Shown: positions 1-10,087 of the stretch, in pieces
Layout of the letters: each line of letters begins with the position of its first letter
Numbering within the stretch: position 1 is the first letter of the stretch
Source: Geopsychrobacteraceae bacterium
GTDB lineage: Bacteria > Desulfobacterota > Desulfuromonadia > Desulfuromonadales > Geopsychrobacteraceae
NCBI GenBank assembly: GCA_963676795.2
Contig: CAXXTB010000001.1
Location: 1,120,001-1,184,000, forward strand
Direction: 5' to 3'
DNA: 64,000 bases
The notes under the pieces: generated by a model
The model's input: only the letters and a program-made list of their open reading frames with translations
Database searches by the model: none
What the model was told of the DNA's origin: nothing
Made by a program: the position numbers and the translations under genes

Positions 1-589
1 CGTGGGAGAGCCGATTCGCAAGGTTGCCGACTGGAAAGGGAAGAAGTTTCATTATCTCGGTATCGCCGACGAAATTGTCAAGGCCATGGGAGCGACTCCC
101 GTCTCCCTGCCGATGCTGAAACTTTACAAGTCGCTGCAGGATGGTGTCGTCCAGGGGGGGCTCTGGGATTATTCCGCCAGCGTTGACTGGAAGTTTGCCG
201 AGGTTATTGACAACGACATTATCTGCGATACGATCACCCACTCAACCGGCCTGTTTGTCATTATGAACAAGGAGCGTTGGGATAGTCTCGATCCTGATGT
301 TCAGCGAGTCATGGAGAGCCTGGCACCTATCTGGGCTGCCAAGCATGGCCAGGCCTGGGATGATGCCTCAGCGCGCGGCCTGGCTTACAGTAAAAAACTT
401 GGGCGCAACATCATCACCATTGATCCCGCCGAAGCCAAGCGCTGGAGAGAGCAGGTGCAGCCGGTTATTGACGCCTATGTCAATAATACGGAAAGCAAGG
501 GGCTGCCAGGGACTGAGGTCATCAAATTTGTCGAGAAGTGTCTGACTGACGCAAAAGCCGGAAAATTCAAAAGTCAATATATGAACTGA
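1..589 (+). CDS. TRAP transporter substrate-binding protein (DctP family), 5'-truncated by window
   Basis: ORF with DctP-like motifs (AMGATPVSLPM..LY.SLQ.GVV.G, MNKE.WDSL); paralogous to 10088..11152. Confidence 0.85.
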   Translation, partial: VGEPIRKVADWKGKKFHYLGIADEIVKAMGATPVSLPMLKLYKSLQDGVVQGGLWDYSASVDWKFAEVIDNDIICDTITHSTGLFVIMNKERWDSLDPDVQRVMESLAPIWAAKHGQAWDDASARGLAYSKKLGRNIITIDPAEAKRWREQVQPVIDAYVNNTESKGLPGTEVIKFVEKCLTDAKAGKFKSQYMN

Positions 590-636
590 CAGGGTTTCCG
601 GATCATTGCTCCCCGATCTCTCAGGTTTCTTCATCC

Positions 637-671
637 AAAGCGCGGCGGATCTTTTCTGCCGCGCTTTTTTT
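637..671 (+). terminator. Intrinsic terminator
   Basis: AAAGCGCGGCGGA..TCTGCCGCGCTTTTTTT hairpin plus T-tract after dctP. Confidence 0.8.
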
Positions 672-805
672 ATGCTGAAATTTGTTCAACCCCCGAAAAA
701 AACGTAAAAAAGAGACGTGTAATAAATTGTGAGATGTGGTATAGGTCGCTTCTGCTGCCACCCGGATTAACAAGTAACAGAAGAACAAGTGCCAGAGAGG
801 GTTCT

Positions 806-1633
806 ATGCTGCAGTTTGAAGTTGCCAAAGAGAAGTGTATCCGTTGCGGCCTGTGCGCCAAGGATTGCCCCGTGGACATCATTTCCATGGACAATCGGTT
901 CCCCAGCGTGATCAGAGAAAAGGAAGCGGTCTGTATCGGCTGTCAGCACTGCCTGGCTGTTTGCCCGACCGGAGCCCTGTCGATCCTCGGTCATGATCCA
1001 GGTGAAAGTACCGAGCTGAAGGGCAACATGCCCTCTCCAGACAAACTGGAAACCCTGATGAAAGGGCGCCGTTCGGTTCGTTATTATCGTGATGAAAATC
1101 TTGATCCTCAACTGGTTGAACGCCTGCTCCAGGTGACCGCAAATTCTCCGACCGGTGTGAACAGCCAGGAAGTCTGTTTCTGTCTGATCGACAAGAAAGA
1201 GGAGATGGATATTTTTCGTAAAGAGGTCTACGGTGAATTGGCCGCAATGTCCAAGCGGGGCGATCTGTCAGAAAAGTTCGCCTTCTTCGGCAAGTTTTCC
1301 GACCTCTGGTTTGAGAATCAGGTTGATGTCATCTTTCGTGGGGCTCCCCACCTGCTTGTCGCAACCGCTCCAAATGATTGCGTGACACCGATCCCCGACT
1401 GCCTGATTGCCTTGACCTACTTCGACCTGTTTGCGCAAAGTCTGGGGATTGGAACTGTCTGGAACGGTTATGCCAAGTGGGCTATTGACGATGTCGTTCC
1501 GGCACTGCGCGACCGACTCGGAGTTCCCAAAGATCATTTTCTTGGCTATGCCATTTCCTTTGGCCTGCCGGATGTTGAATATCAGCGCACGGTTGAACGT
1601 GAATTTCCCGAGGTCTTCCGCTTTACTCCCTGA
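806..1633 (+). CDS. Nitroreductase family protein with N-terminal 2x[4Fe-4S] domain
   Basis: CxxCxxCxxxCP twice, then RRSVR/PTGVN nitroreductase motifs; ATG 806 after GAGAGG. Confidence 0.9.
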   Translation: MLQFEVAKEKCIRCGLCAKDCPVDIISMDNRFPSVIREKEAVCIGCQHCLAVCPTGALSILGHDPGESTELKGNMPSPDKLETLMKGRRSVRYYRDENLDPQLVERLLQVTANSPTGVNSQEVCFCLIDKKEEMDIFRKEVYGELAAMSKRGDLSEKFAFFGKFSDLWFENQVDVIFRGAPHLLVATAPNDCVTPIPDCLIALTYFDLFAQSLGIGTVWNGYAKWAIDDVVPALRDRLGVPKDHFLGYAISFGLPDVEYQRTVEREFPEVFRFTP

Positions 1634-3911
1634 CCGGAAAAGCTCCTCCTGCCCTGGACAGGTGGCCGGCTACGACCGCCTGTCCAAGGGCGATGCCTCC
1701 ATCGTTGGGCGGAACAAGGCTGTGGGTAAATACTTCAAATTCACCCTGTCTCAATAAACTTACCGCCAGTTCCGTCAACAGACGATTCTGAAAAACGCCC
1801 CCCGACAGGACTACCCGGTTGATCCCCTGCTGCCTGCGAATCCTCTGGCAGATGTCGCAGAGCATATGCGCCAGCGCGGCATGAAAGCGGCCGCTGATGC
1901 AGCCCACCGGAATCTGGGCCTGTAGATCACTGACGATGGCCATCAGGGTGGTTGCCGGGTTGAAGATGAGGCGTTCTCTTTCGCACTGGATGGTGTAGGG
2001 ATAGGGCTGAAACTCGGTGTGTCGAGGAACGGCCATCTCCAGTTCCAGCGCCGCCTGTCCTTCATAATTGATCTCGTTGCGCAGGCCGACCAGCGCTGCC
2101 ACTGCATCGAACAGACGCCCGCAGCTGCTGGTCAGTGGGGAGTTGATCCCTTGTCTGATCATCTGCCTGACCAGTTTCAGTGCGGCCGGCGGGATGGTTG
2201 CCAGAAATGGCAGCTGTGGAAACTCTTCACCGTAGCAATGTAGCAGGGCGCTTATCGCCATACGCCAGGGCTGCTTACTGGCGATGTCCCCTCCCGGCAG
2301 GGGGAGATAGGCGAAGTGACCAGTCCTTTGACAACTGCCCAGGTCGCCAACCAGAAATTCTCCTCCCCAGATGTGGCCGTCGGTACCGTAGCCGATACCG
2401 TCAAAGATGACTCCGATGCAGGGTGTGCTGATTCCGTTTTCCGCCATGCAGCTGGCCAGATGGGCATGGTGGTGCTGAACCTGAACGATCGGCAGCTCCT
2501 GTTGTTCATTGGCATAGGCTGTCGAGAGGTAATCGGGGTGCAGGTCGCAGGCGATGGCCTGCGGCTGCCATTCGAGCAGCTGCTTGAGGTGTTCGACCCC
2601 GTCACGCAGAGACTGCAGGGTTCCCAGGTTTTTCAGATCACCGATATGCTGGCTTAAGAATGCCTGATTCCGGCGGGTCAGACAGAAGCTGTTCTTCAGT
2701 TCGGCGCCGAGGGCGAGGATATTCTCCTGCTGCCCGGGCAGTTTGAGGGCGCGGGGCACAATGCCGCGCGAACGGCGCAGCAGCAACGGCTTGTCGGCCA
2801 TCACCCGGGCAATAGAATCATCGCAGCGGATGTGAATCGGGCGGTTGTGGGTCAGGATATAGTCGGCGATCGATGCCAGTCGTTGCCGGGCATCGCCGTC
2901 TTCAAAGGCGATCGGTTCGTCGCTGATGTTGCCGCTGGTCATGACCAGAGTCGGCAGCTGTTCCAGCAGCAGGTAATGGAGTGGCGTACCGGGAAGCATG
3001 ACGCCGAAATAGTTGTTGCGCGGTGCGATCAGTGGGGACAGCCTATGCCCCTGTCGCTGTCTGAGCAGGACAATCGGCCGTTCAGGGCTGTGCAGCAGTT
3101 TCTTTTCGTCCGGGCCGATCTCGGCATAGGTGGCAATTCGCTCAAGGTTGTAGTCCATCAGGGCAAAGGGTTTTTCGTCGCGATTTTTCCTCCGCCGCAA
3201 TTCCGCTACGGCGGCATCATTGCTGGCATTAACCGCCAGGTGGAAACCGCCCACACCCTTGATGGCCAGAATGTTACCCTGTCTCAAAAGACTGATGGCT
3301 CCATCGAGGGGATCTCCTGTCTGGATAGTGCCGGAATGATCGAGCAGCTCTAACTGCGGGCCGCAGGCGGGGCAGGCGTTGGGCTGGGCATGGAAACGCC
3401 GGCTCGTCGGGTCCTGATATTCCCCGAGGCACGCCGGGCACATGGCAAAAGAGGCCATGGTCGTGTTGGGGCGATCGTAGGGGATGGCGGTGATGATGCT
3501 GTAGCGGGGACCGCAGTTGGTACAATTGATAAAAGGGTAGCGATAACGGCGATCCTGAGGGTCGAAAAGCTCTTTCAGGCAGTCGGGGCAGACGTCGCTG
3601 TCGGGAGCGATCTGGGCCGCAGCCTGCTGCTGCTGTTCGCTGTGGCGGATGCTGAAGGTTGATTCGTTCTTCGGCGGGATCCTGCTGCTCTGCAGTTTGC
3701 TGATGACCGCCAAGGGGGGCAGCTCGGCCTGGAGCTGTTCGCTGAACTGTTGGAGTATCCCGGTTTCACCTTCAATCTCGATCTGCACCCCTGTCGAATC
3801 GTTGAGCACCCAGCCGGAGAGTCGGTGGGTCAGGGCCAGGCGGTAGACTGTGGGGCGAAATCCAACTCCCTGAACGATTCCTTCTATGTCGATGTGCCAG
3901 CGTTCAATCAA
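1623..3911 (-). CDS. hypF: Carbamoyltransferase HypF
   Basis: GIVQGVGFRP acylphosphatase domain, CxxC zinc fingers, QHHHAH, PPNDGGIALGQ. Confidence 0.97.
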   Translation of the reverse strand: MIERWHIDIEGIVQGVGFRPTVYRLALTHRLSGWVLNDSTGVQIEIEGETGILQQFSEQLQAELPPLAVISKLQSSRIPPKNESTFSIRHSEQQQQAAAQIAPDSDVCPDCLKELFDPQDRRYRYPFINCTNCGPRYSIITAIPYDRPNTTMASFAMCPACLGEYQDPTSRRFHAQPNACPACGPQLELLDHSGTIQTGDPLDGAISLLRQGNILAIKGVGGFHLAVNASNDAAVAELRRRKNRDEKPFALMDYNLERIATYAEIGPDEKKLLHSPERPIVLLRQRQGHRLSPLIAPRNNYFGVMLPGTPLHYLLLEQLPTLVMTSGNISDEPIAFEDGDARQRLASIADYILTHNRPIHIRCDDSIARVMADKPLLLRRSRGIVPRALKLPGQQENILALGAELKNSFCLTRRNQAFLSQHIGDLKNLGTLQSLRDGVEHLKQLLEWQPQAIACDLHPDYLSTAYANEQQELPIVQVQHHHAHLASCMAENGISTPCIGVIFDGIGYGTDGHIWGGEFLVGDLGSCQRTGHFAYLPLPGGDIASKQPWRMAISALLHCYGEEFPQLPFLATIPPAALKLVRQMIRQGINSPLTSSCGRLFDAVAALVGLRNEINYEGQAALELEMAVPRHTEFQPYPYTIQCERERLIFNPATTLMAIVSDLQAQIPVGCISGRFHAALAHMLCDICQRIRRQQGINRVVLSGGVFQNRLLTELAVSLLRQGEFEVFTHSLVPPNDGGIALGQAVVAGHLSRAGGAFPVRE

Positions 3912-3928
3912 GGCAGCTCCGTCCTGTT

Positions 3929-4942
3929 TCAGCAGATACGTGGCAGTTGCTCTCCGGACAGCATGTCAACGGCGCGGCGGCCGCCAATGGCGGTCCGTAC
4001 GGCGACTCTGCCGGTCGATTCCGCGGTGACCTCGCCGATGATTGCTGCATCACCACCATAGGGTTGCGCGCGCAGAATGGCGAGGGCCGTTTCGGTTGCT
4101 TCCGCAGCAACGACGACGAGCATCTTCCCTTCATTGGCGACAAACAGGGGATCGAGGCCAAGAATCGCACAGATTCCCCTGACCTCGGTGCGAATCGGCA
4201 GGCTGGCTTCGTCCAGTTCGATGTCGACGCCCGACTGCAGGGCAATTTCTTTGAGGGTGGTGGCGACACCGCCGCGGGTCGGATCGCGCAGAGCATGGAC
4301 CTGATCGCCCAGTTGTTCAAGCAGGGCGTCGGTCATTGCGTTCAGCGGGGCGCTATCGGTGGTAATGGCGCTTTCCAGTTCGAGCCCCTCGCGTGAGGCG
4401 AGGATCGCCATGCCGTGATCCCCGAGCGTACCGCTGACGATGATCTTGTCGCCGGCCCTGGCATTGCAGCCGGCCGTCGAGATGTCACGGGTAAAGTAAC
4501 CGATCCCCGAGGTGTTGATGAAGATCTTGTCGGCTTTGCCGCGCGGGACAACCTTGGTATCACCGGTGACGATATTGACACCGGCCTGTTCGGCAGCGCT
4601 CTTCATGCTTTGCAGAATGGTTCTCAGATCACTGAGCGGCAACCCTTCCTCGAGGATGAACCCGACGCTGATCGCCAGCGGCACTGCGCCACTCATTGCC
4701 AGGTCGTTGACCGTTCCGTTGATGGCCAGGTCGCCGATGTTGCCCCCCGGAAAGAAGATCGGGTCAACCACATAGCTGTCGGTGGTGAAAGCCAGTTTCG
4801 CGCCTGGACTGTGGAGGATCGCCGCGTCGTTCTGGTCCTGCTGGGCGACACCGGAAAGAATCGGGATGATCAGCTCGTCGAGCAGTTGATGGCTGAGTTT
4901 GCCCCCACTGCCATGACCGAGAAGGATGATGTCCTGTTGCAT
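3929..4942 (-). CDS. hypE: Hydrogenase maturation protein HypE
   Basis: HGSGG, TTDSYVV, GDTKVV, RDPTRGG, C-terminal PRIC; start placed at ATG 4942. Confidence 0.97.
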   Translation of the reverse strand: MQQDIILLGHGSGGKLSHQLLDELIIPILSGVAQQDQNDAAILHSPGAKLAFTTDSYVVDPIFFPGGNIGDLAINGTVNDLAMSGAVPLAISVGFILEEGLPLSDLRTILQSMKSAAEQAGVNIVTGDTKVVPRGKADKIFINTSGIGYFTRDISTAGCNARAGDKIIVSGTLGDHGMAILASREGLELESAITTDSAPLNAMTDALLEQLGDQVHALRDPTRGGVATTLKEIALQSGVDIELDEASLPIRTEVRGICAILGLDPLFVANEGKMLVVVAAEATETALAILRAQPYGGDAAIIGEVTAESTGRVAVRTAIGGRRAVDMLSGEQLPRIC

Positions 4943-4968
4943 ACTGTTATCCGTTTTATCCTGGCTGC

Positions 4969-6057
4969 TCAGCAGCCGTATCTGTATTCGGCGGCACAGG
5001 TCCCTTCGCTGGAGACCATGCAGGCGCCGACCGGATTCTCCGGCGTGCAGCGGGTTCCGAACAGCGGGCACTGGCGTGGTCCCAGCTTGCCCTTGAGGAT
5101 TTCACCGCAGCAGCAGCCTTTGGCTTCCCGGGCGGGTTCTATCTCAACGCTGAATTTTTGTGCCGCATCGTAGTTATGAAATTCCGCTCTGATTTCGAGT
5201 CCGCTGCCGGGGATCAGACCGAGGCCGCGCCACTGACTGTCGCAGGGGGAAAAGACCTTGGCAATCAGAGCCTGGGCCTTGGTATTGCCCTGCTCCTTGA
5301 CATAGCGGCTGTACTGGTTTTCCACTGTGCAGGCCGCTGTACAGAGCTGCTCGAGCAGCATGCTGATCCCCTGCAGGATATCGAGCGGCTCAAAGCCGGT
5401 GACGACACAGCAAACCCCGTACTGTTCGGCCAGCGGGCGATAGGCATCGACGCCGATGATGGTGCTGACATTGGCTGGGCAGAGATAGCCGTCGACCTGC
5501 AGTTCCTTGTCGGCTGTCAGCGCCGACATCGGTTCCGGCATGGTCTTGTGGGCACAGAGCACGGAAAAGTTCGGCAGATCCAGAGTCTGGGCCTGAACGA
5601 TGGCACCGGCAACTGTCGGTGTTGTCGTTTCAAAGCCGATGCCGAGGAAGACGATCTGCCTCTCCGGGTTGTTCTGGGCCAGCTTGACCGCATCCAGTGG
5701 CGAATAGACGATGCGGATGTCGGCGCCGCGGGCTTTTTCTTCGAGCAGGCTGGTCGTTGATCCGGGGACCCGAACCATATCTCCAAAGGTTGCCAGGGTG
5801 ATGCCGGGGCTGCGCGCCAGGGCAACCGCGTGATCGATATAACCGACCGGGGTGACACAGACCGGGCAGCCCGGCCCCGACACCAGCCTGACCTGTTCCG
5901 GCAGCAGTGAACGCAGTCCATGTTGGTGAATCGCCATGGTGTGGGTGCCGCAGACCTCCATCAGGGTGACCCGGCGGGGGAGTTGCTCGGCCTGTTGTTG
6001 CAGGCGTTTGATGAACTGGCGGGCGATCTGGGGATCACGAAAAACGTTCTGGTCCAT
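4969..6057 (-). CDS. hypD: Hydrogenase maturation protein HypD
   Basis: MEVCGTHT, GPGCPVC, GFETT, CMVSSEGTC motifs. Confidence 0.97.
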   Translation of the reverse strand: MDQNVFRDPQIARQFIKRLQQQAEQLPRRVTLMEVCGTHTMAIHQHGLRSLLPEQVRLVSGPGCPVCVTPVGYIDHAVALARSPGITLATFGDMVRVPGSTTSLLEEKARGADIRIVYSPLDAVKLAQNNPERQIVFLGIGFETTTPTVAGAIVQAQTLDLPNFSVLCAHKTMPEPMSALTADKELQVDGYLCPANVSTIIGVDAYRPLAEQYGVCCVVTGFEPLDILQGISMLLEQLCTAACTVENQYSRYVKEQGNTKAQALIAKVFSPCDSQWRGLGLIPGSGLEIRAEFHNYDAAQKFSVEIEPAREAKGCCCGEILKGKLGPRQCPLFGTRCTPENPVGACMVSSEGTCAAEYRYGC

Positions 6058-6060
6058 TCC

Positions 6061-6288
6061 TCAAGGCACCTCGCCGTCGGCCAGAATCTCACGGAACAGC
6101 TCAAGGGTTTTTTCCGCCTCCTGCGGATCCATCCTCTCGATGGCAAAACCGGCATGAATAAGGACAAAATCGCCGACTTCGACGCCGTCAAGCATCATCA
6201 GGCTGGCATCACGTCTGACCCCGTCGATTTCGCAGACGGCAGTGTCGTCATTGATCTCGATCACCTGCATAGGTACTGCAAGACACAT
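6061..6288 (-). CDS. hypC: Hydrogenase chaperone HypC
   Basis: MCLAVP N-terminus, VLIHAGFAI. Confidence 0.97.
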   Translation of the reverse strand: MCLAVPMQVIEINDDTAVCEIDGVRRDASLMMLDGVEVGDFVLIHAGFAIERMDPQEAEKTLELFREILADGEVP

Positions 6289-6293
6289 AGGTT

Positions 6294-7034
6294 TCAGCCT
6301 TTCTTGACCAGATTCTGCTTGAGCCAGCCGAACCAGCTGTCCAGCCCTTCACCACTGCGACAGGAGAGCTCGATGATCCCGATCTGCGGATTGACTTTGC
6401 GGGCGGCAGCCTTGCAGGCTTCAAGGTCAAAGTCGAGGTAGGGGAGCAGGTCGGTCTTGTTAATCAGCATCAGATCGGCGGCCTGGAACATCTGCGGGTA
6501 CTTGAGCGGTTTGTCTTCCCCCTCGGTCACGGACAGAACGGCGACCTTATGGGCTTCTCCCAGATCAAACGCCGCCGGGCAGACCAGGTTGCCGACATTC
6601 TCGATCATCAGGATGTCGGTGGCGTCGAGATCAAAATGTTCGATCCCGTGGCCGACCATGTGGGCGTCGAGATGGCAGCCGGCACCGGTGTTGATCTGGT
6701 GGACGGGGGCTCCGGTCGCGGCAATGCGGTCGGCATCGTTGCTGGTCTGCTGATCCCCTTCGAGGACGGCAAAGCTGATCTCGTCTTTGAGCAGAGAAAT
6801 CGTCTTTTCGAGCAGGGTGGTTTTTCCGGAGCCGGGAGAGCTGACCAGGTTCAGGGCAAAGACCCCGTGGGCGGCAAAGTGTTCACGGTTGTGCGCTGCC
6901 AGGTGGTTGTTCTTGGCCAGCAGGTCTTCTTCAATTCTGATCGTTTTGCTGGTGTGATCATGGTCATGGTGGTGATGGTCGTGAGCATGGCTATGGCCAT
7001 GGCTGTGGCTGGCGCAGCCGCATTCGATACACAT
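6294..7034 (-). CDS. hypB: Nickel-incorporation GTPase HypB
   Basis: MCxxCGC, His-rich tract, [21 protein letters not shown]. Confidence 0.97.
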   Translation of the reverse strand: MCIECGCASHSHGHSHAHDHHHHDHDHTSKTIRIEEDLLAKNNHLAAHNREHFAAHGVFALNLVSSPGSGKTTLLEKTISLLKDEISFAVLEGDQQTSNDADRIAATGAPVHQINTGAGCHLDAHMVGHGIEHFDLDATDILMIENVGNLVCPAAFDLGEAHKVAVLSVTEGEDKPLKYPQMFQAADLMLINKTDLLPYLDFDLEACKAAARKVNPQIGIIELSCRSGEGLDSWFGWLKQNLVKKG

Positions 7035-7036
7035 GG

Positions 7037-7378
7037 TTATTCAACCTCCATTTCGGTGATTCTCAGCTCTGTTCCGCCGGTTGTCTGAAGCAGGCAACTG
7101 TTGCATTGCGGACAGCTGAAGGTCTGATTGTCTGCAGTAAATTCGGCATGACAGTCGAGGCAGCTCTTGCGGCCGGGGATTCTTTCGATGATAAGGCGAC
7201 TTCCGGCGAGGGGGGTGTCGAGAGTGACCGCCTCAAAGCAGAATTCCATTGCTTCCGCTATGACACCGCTGAGTTCTCCAATGGCAACCGTGATCGACAG
7301 GATTTTCTGATGGCCGGAACTGCGCAGGTTTTCTTCTGCGATTTCAACCAGGTTGCGGGTGATACCAACTTCATGCAT
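7037..7378 (-). CDS. hypA: Nickel metallochaperone HypA
   Basis: MHE N-terminus, two CxxC motifs. Confidence 0.96.
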   Translation of the reverse strand: MHEVGITRNLVEIAEENLRSSGHQKILSITVAIGELSGVIAEAMEFCFEAVTLDTPLAGSRLIIERIPGRKSCLDCHAEFTADNQTFSCPQCNSCLLQTTGGTELRITEMEVE

Positions 7379-7529
7379 AGCGTTATTATTTCTGATCCAG
7401 GATAAAATAATTGTAACTAGTGTGCAGACCGAATCTGTGTTTTCCTCTGAGAAAGCATCCTGTCTGCTGTCCTTCTATACTACTTACATACTGCAAAAAG
7501 ACTGCCGTGTCGATGGTAAAGCAATAATC

Positions 7530-7543
7530 GTAAGTATACTTAC
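7530..7543. promoter_or_regulatory. Perfect 14-bp palindrome upstream of hyp operon (candidate operator)
   Basis: GTAAGTATACTTAC about 150 bp upstream of hypA. Confidence 0.4.
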
Positions 7544-7719
7544 TAATATCGCTTGGGTGAACCCGCTTTTTGGGTGGATGTGATGCAGTACGGATGCTGA
7601 AAGAAGCCATGAGGCGCCTTCCGGTAGACCGTCTGAACCTATGACCAGCTGAATTGTGGAGCAGAACAAGGCCGTAGCCGGTTTTTTGATCTGGTCGCGG
7701 GGAGACTGATGGCTTTTGG

Positions 7720-9000
7720 TTAGTATTGAATTTTTTGCGCAATCACTTCGAGGTAGCGTGATTTGACCTGTTTGATGGCCAGTGCTTTCTTGACCGGTGG
7801 CAGGCGCAGAATTCCACCCAGGATTGCCGCCAGGGCCCGATGACTGAAGAGTGCCCGATTATCGAAGATCAGATTCTGTAGCTTCCCTCGTTCCAGAGCC
7901 ATGATCAGGGCTTTGTGGATGCCGTTCAGCGGTGTCAGTACCCGTTCTTCCCGTTGTTTTATCGCAATCCCCTGCGACGGGCAGTTGCGGATACAGAGAC
8001 CGCAACCGAGGCAGCGCTGCTCGATCAGGGTCAACTGGCGGCGCTTCGGCTGGTGCGGATCGTTGGCCGAGGTCATGGCCAGGGCTTCAACCGGGCAGAT
8101 GTCGACACATTTGCCGCAGTTGGTGCAATTCTCCTGAGAGATTTCGGGGATGAAGTTGGTCGTATGGACCGGGTTCATGATAGCGAAGCGGCGCGCTGCG
8201 ATCATCGCTTCACAGCAGCAGCCACAGCAGTTGCAGATGAAGTTGACCTCTTCGCGGACGTTCTCCCCGAATTGGACCAGATTGTGCTCATAGGCCTGGT
8301 TGAGCAGGTCGAGGCATTCGCTGATCTCGACCCGCCGGGCGTGGCCATGCTTGATCAGTGATGCGGCAGAGGTGTTGAAGGTCATGCAGATATCGAGAGG
8401 TGCCGCGCAGGCTTTGTCAAGATGCAGCATCTTATGGCGGCAGTAACAGGTTCCGATGGCAATATGGCTTGCTGTCTTGATGACTTCGCTGGCACGTTCA
8501 TAATCGAGAACATGCAGAGCGTCATCACTGGAGAGGATCGGTTCGTGGATAAAGGTTCGTCCCAGCTGGGTGTCCCCTTCGGTAAAGAGTTCACGGATGA
8601 AATCTTCCTCTACGTTCATATATTGATAGAACAGTTCGCTCAGGACTTTCTGGTCGATATCCCCCCGGGTGCGCATCAGGGAAAATTCAAAGAATCCTGC
8701 CATCGGCGGCGGTAATACGTAGAACTGCCGGCCGTTGACCTCCATGTCGACCAGTATGGCGCGCCCGGCCAGCTCATCGAGGATCTTCTGGCTTTCCTGT
8801 CTGCTGAGTTTCCAGACCTGGCTGGCTTTTTCCGGGGTGAAGGGTTTGATCGGTAACTGGGCAACCAGCTCAGCTTCCTTTTCACTGAACAGAATACTGA
8901 GAATCCGGTAGAGGGCCTGTGATGGAGGTGCTCCCTGGGGGAAGCGATTCAGGCGTTCGACAAGGCTGGAATATCCTGATTTCAGAGTATGGTGAGCCAT
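7720..9000 (-). CDS. 4Fe-4S dicluster domain-containing protein
   Basis: ICNCCGCCC and two CxxCxxCxxxCP motifs. Confidence 0.85.
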   Translation of the reverse strand: MAHHTLKSGYSSLVERLNRFPQGAPPSQALYRILSILFSEKEAELVAQLPIKPFTPEKASQVWKLSRQESQKILDELAGRAILVDMEVNGRQFYVLPPPMAGFFEFSLMRTRGDIDQKVLSELFYQYMNVEEDFIRELFTEGDTQLGRTFIHEPILSSDDALHVLDYERASEVIKTASHIAIGTCYCRHKMLHLDKACAAPLDICMTFNTSAASLIKHGHARRVEISECLDLLNQAYEHNLVQFGENVREEVNFICNCCGCCCEAMIAARRFAIMNPVHTTNFIPEISQENCTNCGKCVDICPVEALAMTSANDPHQPKRRQLTLIEQRCLGCGLCIRNCPSQGIAIKQREERVLTPLNGIHKALIMALERGKLQNLIFDNRALFSHRALAAILGGILRLPPVKKALAIKQVKSRYLEVIAQKIQY

Positions 9001-9306
9001 AGCACCTCCGGGTCAGAAGACAGACATTGCCATTGAATATTGTGAAGTTAGCCGTTAATTCCCTGTGAGTCAATTTGCTTCTTCAGTTGACTGCTCTGTT
9101 CAACTCAGGTCTGAATATAATCAAAAATATAGCAAAATCGACAAAATCGAAAAATTGATATAAATGAACATGAAAAGCTTTATAAGAAGGATTTGGTGCG
9201 GTATTTTAGATTGGAAATCATAGGGAGTAGAGGTTTGAGAAGCAAAAGAAAAGCCGCATGGTTTCAACTCATGCGGCTCTGGGTGTGCAGGGGACAGGCA
9301 GGTCGT

Positions 9307-9486
9307 TTACAGTTCTTTCGGGCGGCAGACATTTTTAGCATCGTGAACTTTGGCTCCGCAGTTGGTACAGACATAGCGAGGATTTTCAAACATCTTCTCC
9401 AGATCCGGATGTCTGGGGTTTGCAGTGAACTGGCAGACGTGAAGATCACAATGTTCTTCAGGGTTGTCACAGCTCCATTCCGTCAT
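9307..9486 (-). CDS. Small Cys/His-rich putative metal-binding protein (59 aa)
   Basis: GGAGG RBS; HCxLHVC, CxxCG, NVCxP. Confidence 0.7.
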   Translation of the reverse strand: MTEWSCDNPEEHCDLHVCQFTANPRHPDLEKMFENPRYVCTNCGAKVHDAKNVCRPKEL

Positions 9487-9546
9487 AACTGACCTCCTTT
9501 TCATTGTGTAAGATCGTGGGGCTTAAGTCGGGTTCTACTCTTCTTA

Positions 9547-9957
9547 TCAAGGTTTCGGTTCGATCTCCTTGCCGGCGTCCAGCCAAGCCTGATAACCGCC
9601 TTTAAGAGCCCAGACCCGTTGAAAACCGTTTTGCATCAACAGCAGTGCCATCCTGGCACTGGTCGCTTCGTTCATTCAGGTGCAGTAGGTGACGATGGCC
9701 GTCCGTGGTCCGATGTCGAAGATGAACTGTTGAAGATCGTTCCGGTTTTCAAGGCGCACGGCGCCGGGAATTTTATCTGTCGCATGCTGCCATTGGCTCT
9801 GTGTGCGGGTGTCGACAATGACAACCGGTTCTGTTGTTTGCATGCGTGTCAATTCCGAGATCGAAATTCTGTCGGCATCTTCGGCACCGGCCGTTGTGAT
9901 TAGTGCTGCAGAAAGAAACAACGTCAGGCAGCTCAGTACCAATATTCTGTATCGCAT
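9547..9957 (-). CDS. Exported rhodanese-like (seleno)protein; in-frame TGA at 9676-9678 read as Sec
   Basis: Signal peptide, VDTR..KIPGA..YCT-TGA, then open frame MNEATSARMALLLMQNGFQRVWALKGGYQAW completing the rhodanese fold. Confidence 0.85.
9643..9661 (-). promoter_or_regulatory. Candidate bacterial SECIS hairpin
   Basis: CAGTGCCA-GGA-TGGCACTG starting 14 nt after the in-frame TGA, G in apical loop. Confidence 0.7.
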
Positions 9958-10022
9958 AAGCACCCCTTTGCTGATATTGATTGTCATAATAACATAGTTT
10001 GTAATTAGGGGCGTTGTTGCGT

Positions 10023-10051
10023 AAAAAAAAGGCCAGAAAAACTCTGGCCTT
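10023..10051 (-). terminator. Intrinsic terminator
   Basis: AAGGCCAGA..TCTGGCCTTTTTTTT on minus strand after second dctP. Confidence 0.8.
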
Positions 10052-10087
10052 CTAAATGCTTGTATGCTCGGCGTAACTCTATCTTCG

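Noticed and set aside
3034..3041. GGGGACAG matching the Y1 repeat core
   Set aside because: Inside intact hypF, only 8 bp, no partner; chance match.
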